Positions 32,847 through 33,061 of a stretch of 33,061 nt of DNA are shown here, piece by piece. The position numbers and the translations under genes were made by a program. This DNA comes from Nanobdellota archaeon (GTDB lineage: Archaea > Nanobdellota > Nanobdellia > Pacearchaeales > UBA12030): positions 1 through 33,061 of the forward strand of contig JAHJTU010000086.1 of the NCBI GenBank assembly GCA_018829485.1, read 5' to 3'. Every line of letters begins with the position of its first letter. The first letter of the stretch is position 1. The notes beneath the pieces were generated by a model. It did no database searches and was not told the origin of the DNA. It saw nothing but the letters and a program-made list of their open reading frames with translations.

Positions 32847-33061
32847 TTATCCAAACATCATGATTTTTCCAAGCCATTGGAAAAAGCTAACAATCCATGG
32901 CAAGAAATTTACAAGAATAATTAATAAGCTTATGAAAGAAATAATATTAAAAATTCTTTTTACTGCTTTCTCATTTTTTGTAAATAATGGTAAGGTTATT
33001 AATAACATTCTTCCACCATCCAAAGGACCTAAAGGAAGCAAATTAACTAAACCAATTCCAA
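32847..33061 (-). CDS. Site-2 protease (M50) family membrane protein, C-terminal part only (the gene continues beyond the window)
   Basis: The frame is open to the window edge. ...IGLVNLLPLGPLDGGRMLL is the conserved M50 NxxPxxxLDGG motif. The track's Met is really a TTG Leu codon. Confidence 0.7.
   Translation of the reverse strand, partial: GIGLVNLLPLGPLDGGRMLLITLPLFTKNEKAVKRIFNIISFISLLIILVNFLPWIVSFFQWLGKIMMFG

Noticed and set aside
1-33061. CRISPR arrays, rRNA genes, transposases/IS elements, integrases and prophage structural genes.
   Set aside because: No regularly spaced direct repeats, no rRNA-like GC-rich structured stretches and no DDE, tyrosine or serine recombinase motifs were seen in any long ORF.

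Overview
AT-rich (about 30% GC) archaeal chromosomal segment. Markers: RadA, RPA, aEF-1beta with its Zn-ribbon partner, Hef/XPF, an intron-containing tRNA and TATA-box leaderless promoters. The small-genome, DPANN-like gene content is only an impression. There are three blocks. (1) 1-7.2 kb is DNA repair and accessory genes: the Hef helicase and XPF/Hef nuclease are separate genes 3.5 kb apart. Between them lie a LigD-type 3'-phosphoesterase, a free-standing LAGLIDADG endonuclease and a radical SAM-SPASM-methyltransferase fusion. (2) 7.2-24.2 kb is cell-envelope genes, dominated by an archaeal type IV pilus-like locus. It has a 746-aa PilB/FlaI-type ATPase, a 713-aa PilC/FlaJ-type platform protein and at least nine consecutive proteins with class III (prepilin) signal peptides. 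One of these carries a Cys-rich lytic-transglycosylase-like domain. The matching A24 prepilin peptidase is at 28.2-29.0 kb. A 1.3-kb wHTH-nucleotidyltransferase/HEPN cassette sits between the ATPase and platform genes, flanked by a duplicated copy of the ATPase 3' end. (3) 24.3-33 kb is housekeeping genes (RPA, RadA, tRNA-Arg, TsaC, Zn-ribbon, aEF-1beta, HIT) followed by a cupredoxin, a glycine-zipper membrane protein and twin lipoproteins. The tRNA locus is odd: a complete tRNA is nested between the 5' acceptor strand and the 3' T-arm/acceptor of a second tRNA-like element. No CRISPR array, rRNA, transposase or integrase was seen. All functional calls rest on motifs read by eye; no database search was possible.
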